Positions 47,942 to 56,015 of a stretch of DNA of 64,000 nt are shown here, one piece after another; positions within the stretch are counted from its first letter, which is position 1, and each line of letters starts with the position of its first letter. The notes under the pieces are model-generated. The model did no database searches. It was not told the DNA's origin and was given only the letters and a program-made list of their open reading frames with translations. The stretch lies in contig JAZQGP010000004.1 of NCBI GenBank assembly GCA_045540015.1, forward strand, positions 30,880 through 94,879, written 5' to 3'. Source of the stretch: Eubacteriales bacterium (lineage in GTDB: Bacteria; Bacillota; Clostridia; Oscillospirales; CAG-382). The translations under genes and the position numbers were made by a program.

Positions 47942-49390
47942 ATGAATTTGAAAATGGTATTTCGCGTCATAGGACGCATACTTGCACTTGAGGCGGCAAT
48001 TCTTCTTCTGCCGCTTGTTGTATCGCTTGGTTACGGTGAAAAAACGTCGGCGGTATCCTTTGCGATAACAGCGGCGCTGTCACTTGTTATAGGCACTGTT
48101 TTACTTGTAGGCTTCCGTACAAAAAATCAGGTAATATACGCAAAAGAAGGCTTTGCAATTGTTGCTCTTGTGTGGCTGTGTATGTCGGCAATCGGTGCGC
48201 TTCCGTTTGTTATAAGCAAGGAAATTCCAAGCTATATTGATGCTTTTTTTGAAACTGTAAGCGGCTTTACTACAACGGGAGCATCAATTCTCGACGATGT
48301 TGAGGCTTTAAGCCGCGGAATGCTTTTCTGGCGAAGCTTTACACATTGGCTCGGCGGAATGGGAGTGCTGGTCTTTATTATGGCAATAATTCCCAACATT
48401 TCCGACAGGTCAATCCATATAATGCGTGCAGAGGTTCCGGGACCGGTTGTCGGAAAGCTTGTTCCGAGACTTAAGGACACGGCAAAAATTCTTTACTGCA
48501 TCTATATCGGAATTACCCTGTTTGAGGTAGTGTTTCTGCTCTTTGGCGGAATGAGCGTATACGAAAGCTTTGTTTATGCTTTCGGTACGGCAGGAACGGG
48601 AGGCTTTGGCATAAAGGCTGACAGTATTGGCTCTTACAGCCCCTATATTCAGTGGGTGATTGCAATTTTCATGCTGATTTTCGGTGTGAACTTCAACCTG
48701 TATTATCTGATATTGATAAGAAAATTTAAATCAGTGTTCAGAAGTACGGAAATGTGGACGTATCTCGGAATTGTCGCTTTCAGCACAATTATGATAATAA
48801 CAAACACAAGACATCTGTTTGAAAACCTGTCGGAAACAGCAAGACACTCTGTTTTCCAAGTTGCTTCAATTATTACAACCACAGGATATTCAACAACAGA
48901 CTTTGATTTGTGGCCTACACTTTCAAAAACAATACTTCTTATACTCATGTTCTGCGGAGGCTGTGCAGGCTCAACTGCAGGCGGTCTTAAGGTCTCAAGA
49001 GTTGTAATTCTTTTCAGGATGATGGGTAGAGAGCTTAAAAGAATGCTTCATCCGCGTTCGGTAAAAACCATAAAGCTCGAGGGCAAGAGTGTTGACGAAG
49101 GAACGCTTTCAGCGTGCGGAACATATTTTGCCGTTTACATGGCGTGTATTCTCGGGATTTTCTTTCTTCTGGGATTTGACAGCTTTGGAAACATTGAAAC
49201 AAATTTCACTGCGGCTGTGTCGTGCTTTAACAATATTGGCCCCGGCTTTAACAAGGTAGGACCGATGTTCAGCTATTCGGGATATTCAGGCATTTCAACC
49301 TTCATTCTTTCGCTTGCAATGCTTCTCGGACGACTTGAAATTTTTCCTCTTATGCTGCTTTTTAGCCCGTCCATGTGGAAAAGAGATTAA
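47942..49390 (+). CDS. trkH: TrkH-family potassium transporter
   Basis: Polytopic; 'SGFTTTGAS' and 'TTTGYST' selectivity-filter-like repeats. Adjacent to trkA. Confidence 0.9.
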   Translation: MNLKMVFRVIGRILALEAAILLLPLVVSLGYGEKTSAVSFAITAALSLVIGTVLLVGFRTKNQVIYAKEGFAIVALVWLCMSAIGALPFVISKEIPSYIDAFFETVSGFTTTGASILDDVEALSRGMLFWRSFTHWLGGMGVLVFIMAIIPNISDRSIHIMRAEVPGPVVGKLVPRLKDTAKILYCIYIGITLFEVVFLLFGGMSVYESFVYAFGTAGTGGFGIKADSIGSYSPYIQWVIAIFMLIFGVNFNLYYLILIRKFKSVFRSTEMWTYLGIVAFSTIMIITNTRHLFENLSETARHSVFQVASIITTTGYSTTDFDLWPTLSKTILLILMFCGGCAGSTAGGLKVSRVVILFRMMGRELKRMLHPRSVKTIKLEGKSVDEGTLSACGTYFAVYMACILGIFFLLGFDSFGNIETNFTAAVSCFNNIGPGFNKVGPMFSYSGYSGISTFILSLAMLLGRLEIFPLMLLFSPSMWKRD

Positions 49391-49411
49391 AACGTGAAAG
49401 GATGTGAAAGA

Positions 49412-50119
49412 GTGTTCAAGGCAATATTTTTTGATGTTGACAACACCTTGCTTGATTTTAATAAGGGTGCAGACAAGGCAATGGAAAAGGTTTTTGGCGA
49501 CCTTGGAATTCCCTTTTATCCCGATATGACGAACACCTTTCATGAGGTTAACGACGGACTCTGGAAACGTCTTGAAAAGAAAGAAATCACTCTCGAATAT
49601 CTTCACGAAATACGGTGGGAGCTTGTGCTTGAAAGATTGGGAATTTCAGGCTTTGACGGAAAAGCTGTTGAGCAGGAATTTCTTGCTGCACTGCGGGTTT
49701 GCGCCGTCAAAATTGATGGCGCCGAAGAGCTTCTCTCGTCTCTTTACGGAAAATACAAGCTGTACGTTACAAGCAATGCACCTCATTATCAGCAGGTTGC
49801 AAGACTTACAAACACAGGTCTTTTAAAATATCTTGACGACATTTTCACTTCCGAGCTTATCGGTATTGCAAAGCCCGAAAAAGGCTTCTTTGACGGCTGC
49901 TTTGAGAGGGTGCCTGAGCTTAAAAAAGAGGATGTTCTGCTTGTAGGAGATTCTATCAGTGCAGACATAAAGGGCGGTGCAGCGTACGGACTCAAAACCT
50001 GCTGGTACTGTCCCGACAAGGAAAAGGCAAAAACAAACACCCTTGCCGATTATGTAATAAACAACCTATGCGAACTTACTTTCTTGAAAGAAAGTAAGCA
50101 AAGAACTTTTCCTTTGTGA
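49412..50119 (+). CDS. HAD-superfamily hydrolase (YjjG-like subfamily IA)
   Basis: Motif I 'FFDVDNTL', motif III/IV 'VGDSISADIKGG'. GTG at 49412 is my preferred start (the ORF track uses 49394). The last about 16 codons and the stop lie inside a repeat element. Confidence 0.8.
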   Translation: MFKAIFFDVDNTLLDFNKGADKAMEKVFGDLGIPFYPDMTNTFHEVNDGLWKRLEKKEITLEYLHEIRWELVLERLGISGFDGKAVEQEFLAALRVCAVKIDGAEELLSSLYGKYKLYVTSNAPHYQQVARLTNTGLLKYLDDIFTSELIGIAKPEKGFFDGCFERVPELKKEDVLLVGDSISADIKGGAAYGLKTCWYCPDKEKAKTNTLADYVINNLCELTFLKESKQRTFPL

Positions 50120-50545
50120 AATTGAAGTTTAAACAACTTCAATTTCACGTAATTTTCCCAACAAATTTAAACCAAATTTGCAACAACTTCAATTTCACAA
50201 CTTGACATACTACAATTAAATTGTAAATTTGGAACAACATCAATTTCACAAAACTCTCTAACCAATCGAGCCTTGATTTATACCTTTAAATTAAGAATAG
50301 CTCCAATGAAGCGGCTTTGCAATCTTACAAGTTATCGCCGTAAGCTATAAAAGCCGAGAGAACAAGACAAAACAAGGTAGAAGTAATTCATATTCTTTAG
50401 AATACCATAAAAAAGATAGGCGTCGGCGATAAGGGAGAGATACTTAAGAGAACCGTAGGTTCTTTTAAGCGTGCTCTTTCGGTTACCTTTCTGCACGAGC
50501 AGAAAGAGTAACGCCTCCACGGCGAGTGGGAAGCTGCAAATTCTA
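50075..50545. repeat. mosaic intergenic repeat, copy D (S, H, two half-H units, m3 inverted, m4)
   Basis: Begins inside the 3' end of the HAD gene and ends about 70 nt before the activase gene. Confidence 0.8.
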
Positions 50546-50613
50546 TCTATAATTACCTGCCGCCAGGCACGATATGAAAGCAACCATCAAAAAATAATCA
50601 AAGGAATCTTTAC

Positions 50614-51402
50614 ATGACAAACAAACGGCTCGTTAAGGGCAAAATTTTCGACATACAAAAATTCTCAACCCATGACGGGCCGGGAATCAGAACGATTGTG
50701 TTCCTTAAGGGCTGTGTTCTTCGCTGCCGCTGGTGCTGCAATCCCGAATCGCAGAGTTTTGAAACTGAAACGCTGATTCGTGGCGGCAAGGAAGTTGTAA
50801 TGGGACAGGAAATCACGGCAGGAGAGGTTATCGACACTGTAATGCGCGACCTTCCTTACTACCGCAGAAGCGGAGGCGGTCTTACCCTTTCAGGCGGAGA
50901 AGCTATGTGCCAGCCTGACTTTGCGGAGGCTTTGCTTGTCGAGGCGCATAATCACGGAATAAACACAGCAATTGAGACAACCGCGTGCGTTCCGTATGAA
51001 ATTGTACAAAGACTTGTACCGCATATAGATTATGTGCTTATGGACATAAAGCATATGAACAGCGCAAAGCACGAGCAGTTTACAACTAAGAAGAACGAGC
51101 TTATTCTGGATAACGCAAAGAAGATTGCAAAGATGGCAAACAGCCTTACAATACGCGTTCCGGTAATACCGACATTCAACGACACCGAGCAGGAAATAAG
51201 TGATATTGCAAATTTTGCAGCATCGCTTGGAACCGTAAAGCAAATACATCTTTTGCCTTACCATAGACTCGGCTATGATAAATACATAGGGCTTGGACGA
51301 AATTACGGAATGGGAGATATTCCCGTACCTACACCGGAGCATATGCACTCGCTTGTGGAAGCGGCACAAAAAAGCGGTCTTACCGTTGTGATAGGAGGCT
51401 AG
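50614..51402 (+). CDS. glycyl-radical enzyme activating protein (PflA-type radical SAM activase)
   Basis: 'FSTHDGPGIRTIVFLKGCVLRCRWCCNPES' (CX3CX2C), 262 aa. No glycyl radical enzyme is present anywhere in the window. Confidence 0.88.
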   Translation: MTNKRLVKGKIFDIQKFSTHDGPGIRTIVFLKGCVLRCRWCCNPESQSFETETLIRGGKEVVMGQEITAGEVIDTVMRDLPYYRRSGGGLTLSGGEAMCQPDFAEALLVEAHNHGINTAIETTACVPYEIVQRLVPHIDYVLMDIKHMNSAKHEQFTTKKNELILDNAKKIAKMANSLTIRVPVIPTFNDTEQEISDIANFAASLGTVKQIHLLPYHRLGYDKYIGLGRNYGMGDIPVPTPEHMHSLVEAAQKSGLTVVIGG

Positions 51403-51408
51403 AGCAAT

Positions 51409-51780
51409 ATGGATAATATATATGAAGGAAAACAGAGAATAATCCAGGAGCTTGTTCCCGGTAAACAGATTACCCTTGCTCATATAATAGCAAATCCCGA
51501 TGAAATACTTTATAAAAAGCTCGGTCTCGACCCGTCGATTGACTATTCACAAAACAAATGTGCAATAGGTCTTGTTACTATGTCACCTGCTGAATACGCA
51601 ATAATCGGTGCTGACCTTGCAATAAAAAAATCGGCAGCAAAGCTCGGCTTTGTAGACAGATTTTCCGGAACGCTTATTGTGACGGGGACTGTTTCCGAGG
51701 TTGAAGCATCGCTTAATGCTGTGACAGAATACGCAGAGAAAAAGCTTTCATTTAAAGTTTGCCCTGTTACGAGAACGTAA
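51409..51780 (+). CDS. BMC shell protein, circularly permuted PduU/EutS type
   Basis: 'RIIQELVPGKQITLAHIIANP' and 'GFVDRFSGTLIVTG' align with E. coli EutS as I remember it. Confidence 0.88.
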   Translation: MDNIYEGKQRIIQELVPGKQITLAHIIANPDEILYKKLGLDPSIDYSQNKCAIGLVTMSPAEYAIIGADLAIKKSAAKLGFVDRFSGTLIVTGTVSEVEASLNAVTEYAEKKLSFKVCPVTRT

Positions 51781-51783
51781 AAT

Positions 51784-52224
51784 ATGCGCAAGTTAATACT
51801 GATCGGTCGCAGCGAAAGCGGAAAAAGTACGCTCATCCAAGCGCTTCGCCACGAGGAAATACATTATCACAAAACACAGTATATTGACTACAGCGAAAGC
51901 ATAATCGATACTCCCGGCGAATATGTCGAGGACAGACAGTTCGGCGGTGCGCTTGCAGTGTATTCTTGCGAAGCGGATGTAATAGGGCTTCTGCTTTCGG
52001 CAACCGAGCCGTATTCCCTGTTTCCGCCTTGTCTTGTGGGTATGGCAACAAGACCGGTTATCGGTATAGTTACAAAATGCGACCACAAGGATGCGGTTCC
52101 GACACGTGCCGAAGGTTGGCTCAGACTTGCGGGATGCAAACGCATTTTCTTTACTTCGAGCTATAATAACGAAGGTATACAGGAAATTCTTGATTATCTT
52201 AGTTTGGATGAAGAGCCTGATTAA
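51784..52224 (+). CDS. EutP/PduV-family small GTPase
   Basis: P-loop 'GRSESGKSTL', 'IDTPGEY', 'TKCD'. 146 aa. Confidence 0.85.
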   Translation: MRKLILIGRSESGKSTLIQALRHEEIHYHKTQYIDYSESIIDTPGEYVEDRQFGGALAVYSCEADVIGLLLSATEPYSLFPPCLVGMATRPVIGIVTKCDHKDAVPTRAEGWLRLAGCKRIFFTSSYNNEGIQEILDYLSLDEEPD

Positions 52225-52322
52225 ATGTGACCAAAATATGACCAAAAACACGTTTGGTGAAAATAAAACCACATAAAACAACAAAATCCACACAAAAAAC
52301 CACATTTTTTGTCCAAAAAAGG

Positions 52323-52351
52323 TTGACATGTATTTGACAAAGTGGTATAAT
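52323..52351 (+). promoter_or_regulatory. consensus sigma-A promoter of the BMC cargo/shell operon
   Basis: TTGACA-N17-TATAAT with a TGn extended -10, about 80 nt upstream of the aldolase ATG. Confidence 0.7.
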
Positions 52352-52430
52352 TTGTGTTGTAGAGGGTTAAAAGCTCTTTAATAAACAAAGAAAACAAAAA
52401 ACAAATCATAAAACCGAAGGAGACTTTAAA

Positions 52431-53240
52431 ATGGCTACAGAGTACGAAATTAAAAAACAAATCTGTGACATCGGCAAGCGTATTTACGACAGAGGCATGG
52501 TAGCTTCAAACGACGGAAACATCTCCGTAAAGCTCAATGACAATGAGTTCCTTTGCACACCTACAGGCGTAAGCAAGGGTTTCATGACTCCCGAGTACAT
52601 ATGCAAGGTTGATGCAAACGGAAATGTTATTCAGGCAAACGACGGCTTCAAGCCTTCCTCCGAAATAAAGATGCATATGCGTGTTTATAAGGAAAGACCT
52701 GACGTAAACAGTGTTGTTCATGCTCACCCCATGTACGCAACAAGCTTTGCTATCGCAGGCATTCCGCTTACAGAGCCAATCATGCCCGAAGCAATCATCG
52801 CTCTCGGATGTGTTCCGATTGCAGAATACGGCACACCTTCAACAGAAGAAATCCCGGATGCAGTAAGCAAGTATCTTCCTTACTTTGATGCTGTTCTTCT
52901 TGAGAACCACGGTGCACTTGCATTCTCCGATTCTCTTCTTAACGCATATCACAAGATGGAATCCGTTGAGTTCTATGCTCAGCTTCTCTATCAGGCAAAG
53001 ATGCTCGGCGGTGCAAAGCCTCTCTCCGAAAGCCAGGTTCAGAGACTTTACGAAATTCGCCGTCAGTTCGGTCTTAAAGGTAAGCACCCTGCAGACCTCT
53101 GCCCCAACAATAAGGCAGGCAAGCCCAGCTGTCACTCTTGCGGCGGCAACTGCACATGCGGCGGACACGGCCATTCTGCAGAAGACGAAATCATTGCGCA
53201 GATTACAAGAGACGTTCTTGCTCAGCTTCAGCAAAAGTAA
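52431..53240 (+). CDS. class II aldolase/adducin-family protein (FucA/RhaD-like) with C-terminal Cys/His linker and encapsulation-peptide-like helix
   Basis: 'NDGNISVK', 'SSEIKMH' and 'VVHAHP' metal-binding His motifs. The C-terminal 45 aa are an extra tail. Confidence 0.85.
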   Translation: MATEYEIKKQICDIGKRIYDRGMVASNDGNISVKLNDNEFLCTPTGVSKGFMTPEYICKVDANGNVIQANDGFKPSSEIKMHMRVYKERPDVNSVVHAHPMYATSFAIAGIPLTEPIMPEAIIALGCVPIAEYGTPSTEEIPDAVSKYLPYFDAVLLENHGALAFSDSLLNAYHKMESVEFYAQLLYQAKMLGGAKPLSESQVQRLYEIRRQFGLKGKHPADLCPNNKAGKPSCHSCGGNCTCGGHGHSAEDEIIAQITRDVLAQLQQK

Positions 53241-53275
53241 TTCGTTCTTATATTAAAGAAAGGAGCTGACACGCT

Positions 53276-53785
53276 TTGAGTCTTGAACTTACAAAAATCG
53301 TTGACGGCGTTGTCAGAGCCGTTCTCGAGCAAAATGAAAATAAAACCGAAACAGTTTCAAACAATCTTTCCAAAATGACACTTTCGGCTGCCAGAGATTT
53401 GATAAGAGCGGTTGAGACAAAGGCAAGAGATATGGGTGTAAAAGCCGTTGTTGCCGTGTCTGACGCATCGGGAAATCCGATAGCAGTTGAATGTATGGAC
53501 AATGCTTTCCTTGCAAGCTACGATATAGCCGTAAACAAAGCGTATACCGTAACGGCGCTTAAGATGCCGACCTCAGCTCTTGCAGAACTTGCAAAGCCGG
53601 GCGGTAGTCTTTACGGAATACAGCATACAAACGGTGGAAAAATCGTGATTTTCGGCGGAGGCGAGCCTCTTGTGAATAACAAGGGAGAGATAGTCGGAGG
53701 TCTTGGAGTAAGCGGCGGAACTGCCGAACAGGACACGAACCTCGGTCAGTTCGGAAAGATATATTTTGAAACCGGAAAACAGTGA
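53276..53785 (+). CDS. GlcG/DUF336 (PduO C-terminal domain-like) haem-binding-fold protein with N-terminal amphipathic extension
   Basis: 'AVSDASGNPIA...DIAVNKAYTV...GGLGVSGGTAEQD'. TTG start after AAAGGAG. Confidence 0.8.
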   Translation: MSLELTKIVDGVVRAVLEQNENKTETVSNNLSKMTLSAARDLIRAVETKARDMGVKAVVAVSDASGNPIAVECMDNAFLASYDIAVNKAYTVTALKMPTSALAELAKPGGSLYGIQHTNGGKIVIFGGGEPLVNNKGEIVGGLGVSGGTAEQDTNLGQFGKIYFETGKQ

Positions 53786-53809
53786 CATAAGCAGAAACGG
53801 AGAGATATC

Positions 53810-55030
53810 ATGGATATAAAAGCAAATGATATTGAAGCTATTGTAAGACAGGTGCTTGCAAATATGGCAGACGGCAAAACAAATACCGCGCCTGCCGCGA
53901 AGAGCAGTGCTCCTGCAGGTGGCGTTCCAAAGAGCGCACGCGTTGCAATGCTTACAAAGCTTGAGCATTTTGATTTGAATGAGTATCCCATTCCCGCGCT
54001 TGCAGACGACGATATCCTTGTTAAGGTAGAAGGCTGCGGTGTTTGCGGAACAGATGCTCATGAGTTTAAGCGTGACCCCTTCGGACTTATCCCCGTTGCT
54101 CTCGGACATGAGGGAACAGGTGAAATTGTTGCGATGGGTAAAAACGTTAAGAAGGACAGTGCGGGAAAAGATCTTCACATCGGTGACAAGGTTGTTACAT
54201 GTATGATTTTTTCAGACAATCCCGACATTACAATGTTCGACCTTAACAAGCAGAACGTAGGCGGTGCAGACGTTTACGGACTTCTCCCCGATAAGGAGGA
54301 TAACCATTTTAACGGATGGTTTGCTGATTACATAGTTGTTAAAGGCGGCTCTACCATATTTAACGTAAGCGACCTTGACCTTGATTCAAGAATACTTATT
54401 GAGCCTTGTGCGGTTCTTATCCATGCGGTTGAACGTGCAAAGACAACAGGCATTTTAAGATTCAATTCGAGAGTTGTTGTTCAGGGCTGCGGACCTATCG
54501 GTCTTATCTGTATTGCAGTTCTTCGCACAATGGGTATTGAAAACATTGTAGCGGTTGACGGAAATGATATGCGTCTTGACTTTGCAAAGCAGATGGGTGC
54601 TACAAACACCGTAAACTTCACACAGCACAAGGGCGTTGAAGCTCTTGCAGATGCGGTTAAGGCAGCGTTTGGCGGTCATCTTGCAGACTTTGGCTTCCAG
54701 TGCACAGGCTCACCTGTAGCACATGCAAACATCTACAAGTTCATCCGTAGCGGCGGCGGACTTTGCGAGCTCGGCTTCTTCATTAACGGAGGCGATGCAA
54801 GCATAAATCCCCACTTTGATATCTGTGCAAAGGAAATTACAACCGTGGGCTCTTGGGTATATACACTCAGAGATTACGCTACAACGTTTGATTTCTTAAA
54901 GAGAGCAAAGGCTATAGGACTTCCGCTGGAAAAGCTGATTACTCACAAGTATCCGCTTGAGCAGATAAACGAAGCACTTGAAATGAACCTGTCCATGCAG
55001 GGGCTTAAGATTGCTATCGTCAACAAATAA
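53810..55030 (+). CDS. zinc-dependent MDR-family dehydrogenase with N-terminal encapsulation-peptide-like helix plus Ala/Pro linker
   Basis: 'GCGVCGTDAHE', 'GHEGTGEIV' and Rossmann 'VQGCGPIGL'. About 40 extra N-terminal residues. Confidence 0.85.
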   Translation: MDIKANDIEAIVRQVLANMADGKTNTAPAAKSSAPAGGVPKSARVAMLTKLEHFDLNEYPIPALADDDILVKVEGCGVCGTDAHEFKRDPFGLIPVALGHEGTGEIVAMGKNVKKDSAGKDLHIGDKVVTCMIFSDNPDITMFDLNKQNVGGADVYGLLPDKEDNHFNGWFADYIVVKGGSTIFNVSDLDLDSRILIEPCAVLIHAVERAKTTGILRFNSRVVVQGCGPIGLICIAVLRTMGIENIVAVDGNDMRLDFAKQMGATNTVNFTQHKGVEALADAVKAAFGGHLADFGFQCTGSPVAHANIYKFIRSGGGLCELGFFINGGDASINPHFDICAKEITTVGSWVYTLRDYATTFDFLKRAKAIGLPLEKLITHKYPLEQINEALEMNLSMQGLKIAIVNK

Positions 55031-55087
55031 GTTATCCCTAAGCAAAAAATAAAAAATATATAAATTTTTCTAAGGAGGAAAAGAAAA

Positions 55088-55366
55088 ATGGCACTTGAAG
55101 CACTTGGAATGATTGAAACCAGAGGACTCACAGCAGCAGTTGAAGCTGCAGATGCAATGGTAAAGGCAGCAGAGGTTACTCTCATCGGAACTGAAAAGAT
55201 CGGTAGCGGACTCGTATCCGTTATGGTTCGCGGCGACGTTGGAGCAGTAAAGGCAGCAGTTGAGGCAGGTACCGCAGCAGCTTCCAGACTCGGCGAAATT
55301 ATCGCAACGCACGTTATCCCCAGACCTCACAACGACGTTGAAAAAATTCTTCCTTCTCTTAACTGA
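55088..55366 (+). CDS. BMC-H hexamer shell protein (PduA/EutM type)
   Basis: '[24 protein letters not shown]', 92 aa, strong AAGGAGG RBS. Confidence 0.93.
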   Translation: MALEALGMIETRGLTAAVEAADAMVKAAEVTLIGTEKIGSGLVSVMVRGDVGAVKAAVEAGTAAASRLGEIIATHVIPRPHNDVEKILPSLN

Positions 55367-55386
55367 TTTAAAGGGAGGAAAACATC

Positions 55387-55845
55387 ATGGCTGAAAAGAA
55401 GCCTACACCCCGCAAAAGAGCAACTGCTCCCAAAGCGGAAAACATAGCCGCATCGAATGTAATTGCTTCCCCTGCTACGGAGGTTGTCGAAAAGGTAATC
55501 ACCAAGGCTCCGGCGGCAAAGAAAGAAACAGCGGTAAAGAAAACAACAGAACAGGAGAAAAAAGTTATGGTACAGCAGGCATTAGGTATGGTTGAAACCA
55601 GAGGCTTGGTTGCAGCTATTGAAGCAGCAGATGCTATGCTCAAGGCAGCAAACGTTGAACTCGTTGGAACCGAAAAGATCGGTAGCGGACTCGTATCCGT
55701 TATGGTTCGCGGCGACGTAGGAGCAGTAAAGGCTGCAGTTGAAGCAGGTCTTGCAGCAGCTCAGAAGCTCGGCGAAATCATCGCAACTCACGTTATCCCC
55801 AGACCTCACACCGACGTTGAGAAGATTCTTCCTTCTCTTAAGTAA
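55387..55845 (+). CDS. BMC-H shell protein with 60-aa basic Ala/Lys/Pro-rich N-terminal extension (alternative internal start at 55567)
   Basis: Canonical BMC domain from residue about 63. Both the ATG at 55387 (AGGGAGG) and the in-frame ATG at 55567 (GGAGA) have good RBSs. Confidence 0.85.
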   Translation: MAEKKPTPRKRATAPKAENIAASNVIASPATEVVEKVITKAPAAKKETAVKKTTEQEKKVMVQQALGMVETRGLVAAIEAADAMLKAANVELVGTEKIGSGLVSVMVRGDVGAVKAAVEAGLAAAQKLGEIIATHVIPRPHTDVEKILPSLK

Positions 55846-55859
55846 TAAGGTGAACTTTT

Positions 55860-55892
55860 ACAGCGGCATCTGCAAAAAACGGATGCCGCTGT
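55860..55892 (+). other. stable GC-rich hairpin after the BMC-H pair (no U-tail)
   Basis: acagcggcatc-tgcaaaaaac-ggatgccgctgt, in a 170-nt gap before the BMC-P gene. Confidence 0.5.
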
Positions 55893-56015
55893 GGAGCAGA
55901 ATAGTGTACTTTTGAGCACTGTTTGCGCCGTCCTTTATTTGAGTATGAATATGTCAAATTGTATTTATACTCAAGTGAAAGACACCACTAAAAATGTAAG
56001 GCAGGTGTACAGAAA

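Noticed and set aside
50116-50249. CRISPR-like mini-array: three copies of about 27 nt (AA.TTT..AACAAC(T/A)TCAATTTCAC) with a 50-51 nt period. Similar two-unit arrangements occur at 6576-6656 and 36877-36960.
   Set aside because: The 'spacers' are only about 23 nt and are themselves homologous between loci. The first unit is half of the H hairpin. No cas genes or leader are present. This is internal tandem structure of the mosaic repeat, not a CRISPR array.
50890-51483. 197-aa ORF antisense to the activase gene, plus other long antisense ORFs (21001-21732 in GH2, 58181-58855 in the DeoR gene, 51793-52329 across the EutP gene).
   Set aside because: All are embedded opposite genes with clear family motifs. 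They are Cys/Phe/Leu-rich with no RBS or recognisable domains.
52265-52305. A(A/T)CCACA motifs in the BMC locus read as DnaA boxes, which would imply a second origin.
   Set aside because: They match only 6-7 of 9 positions. There is no trio array or AT-rich DUE. They sit just upstream of a consensus promoter, so a local operator is more plausible.
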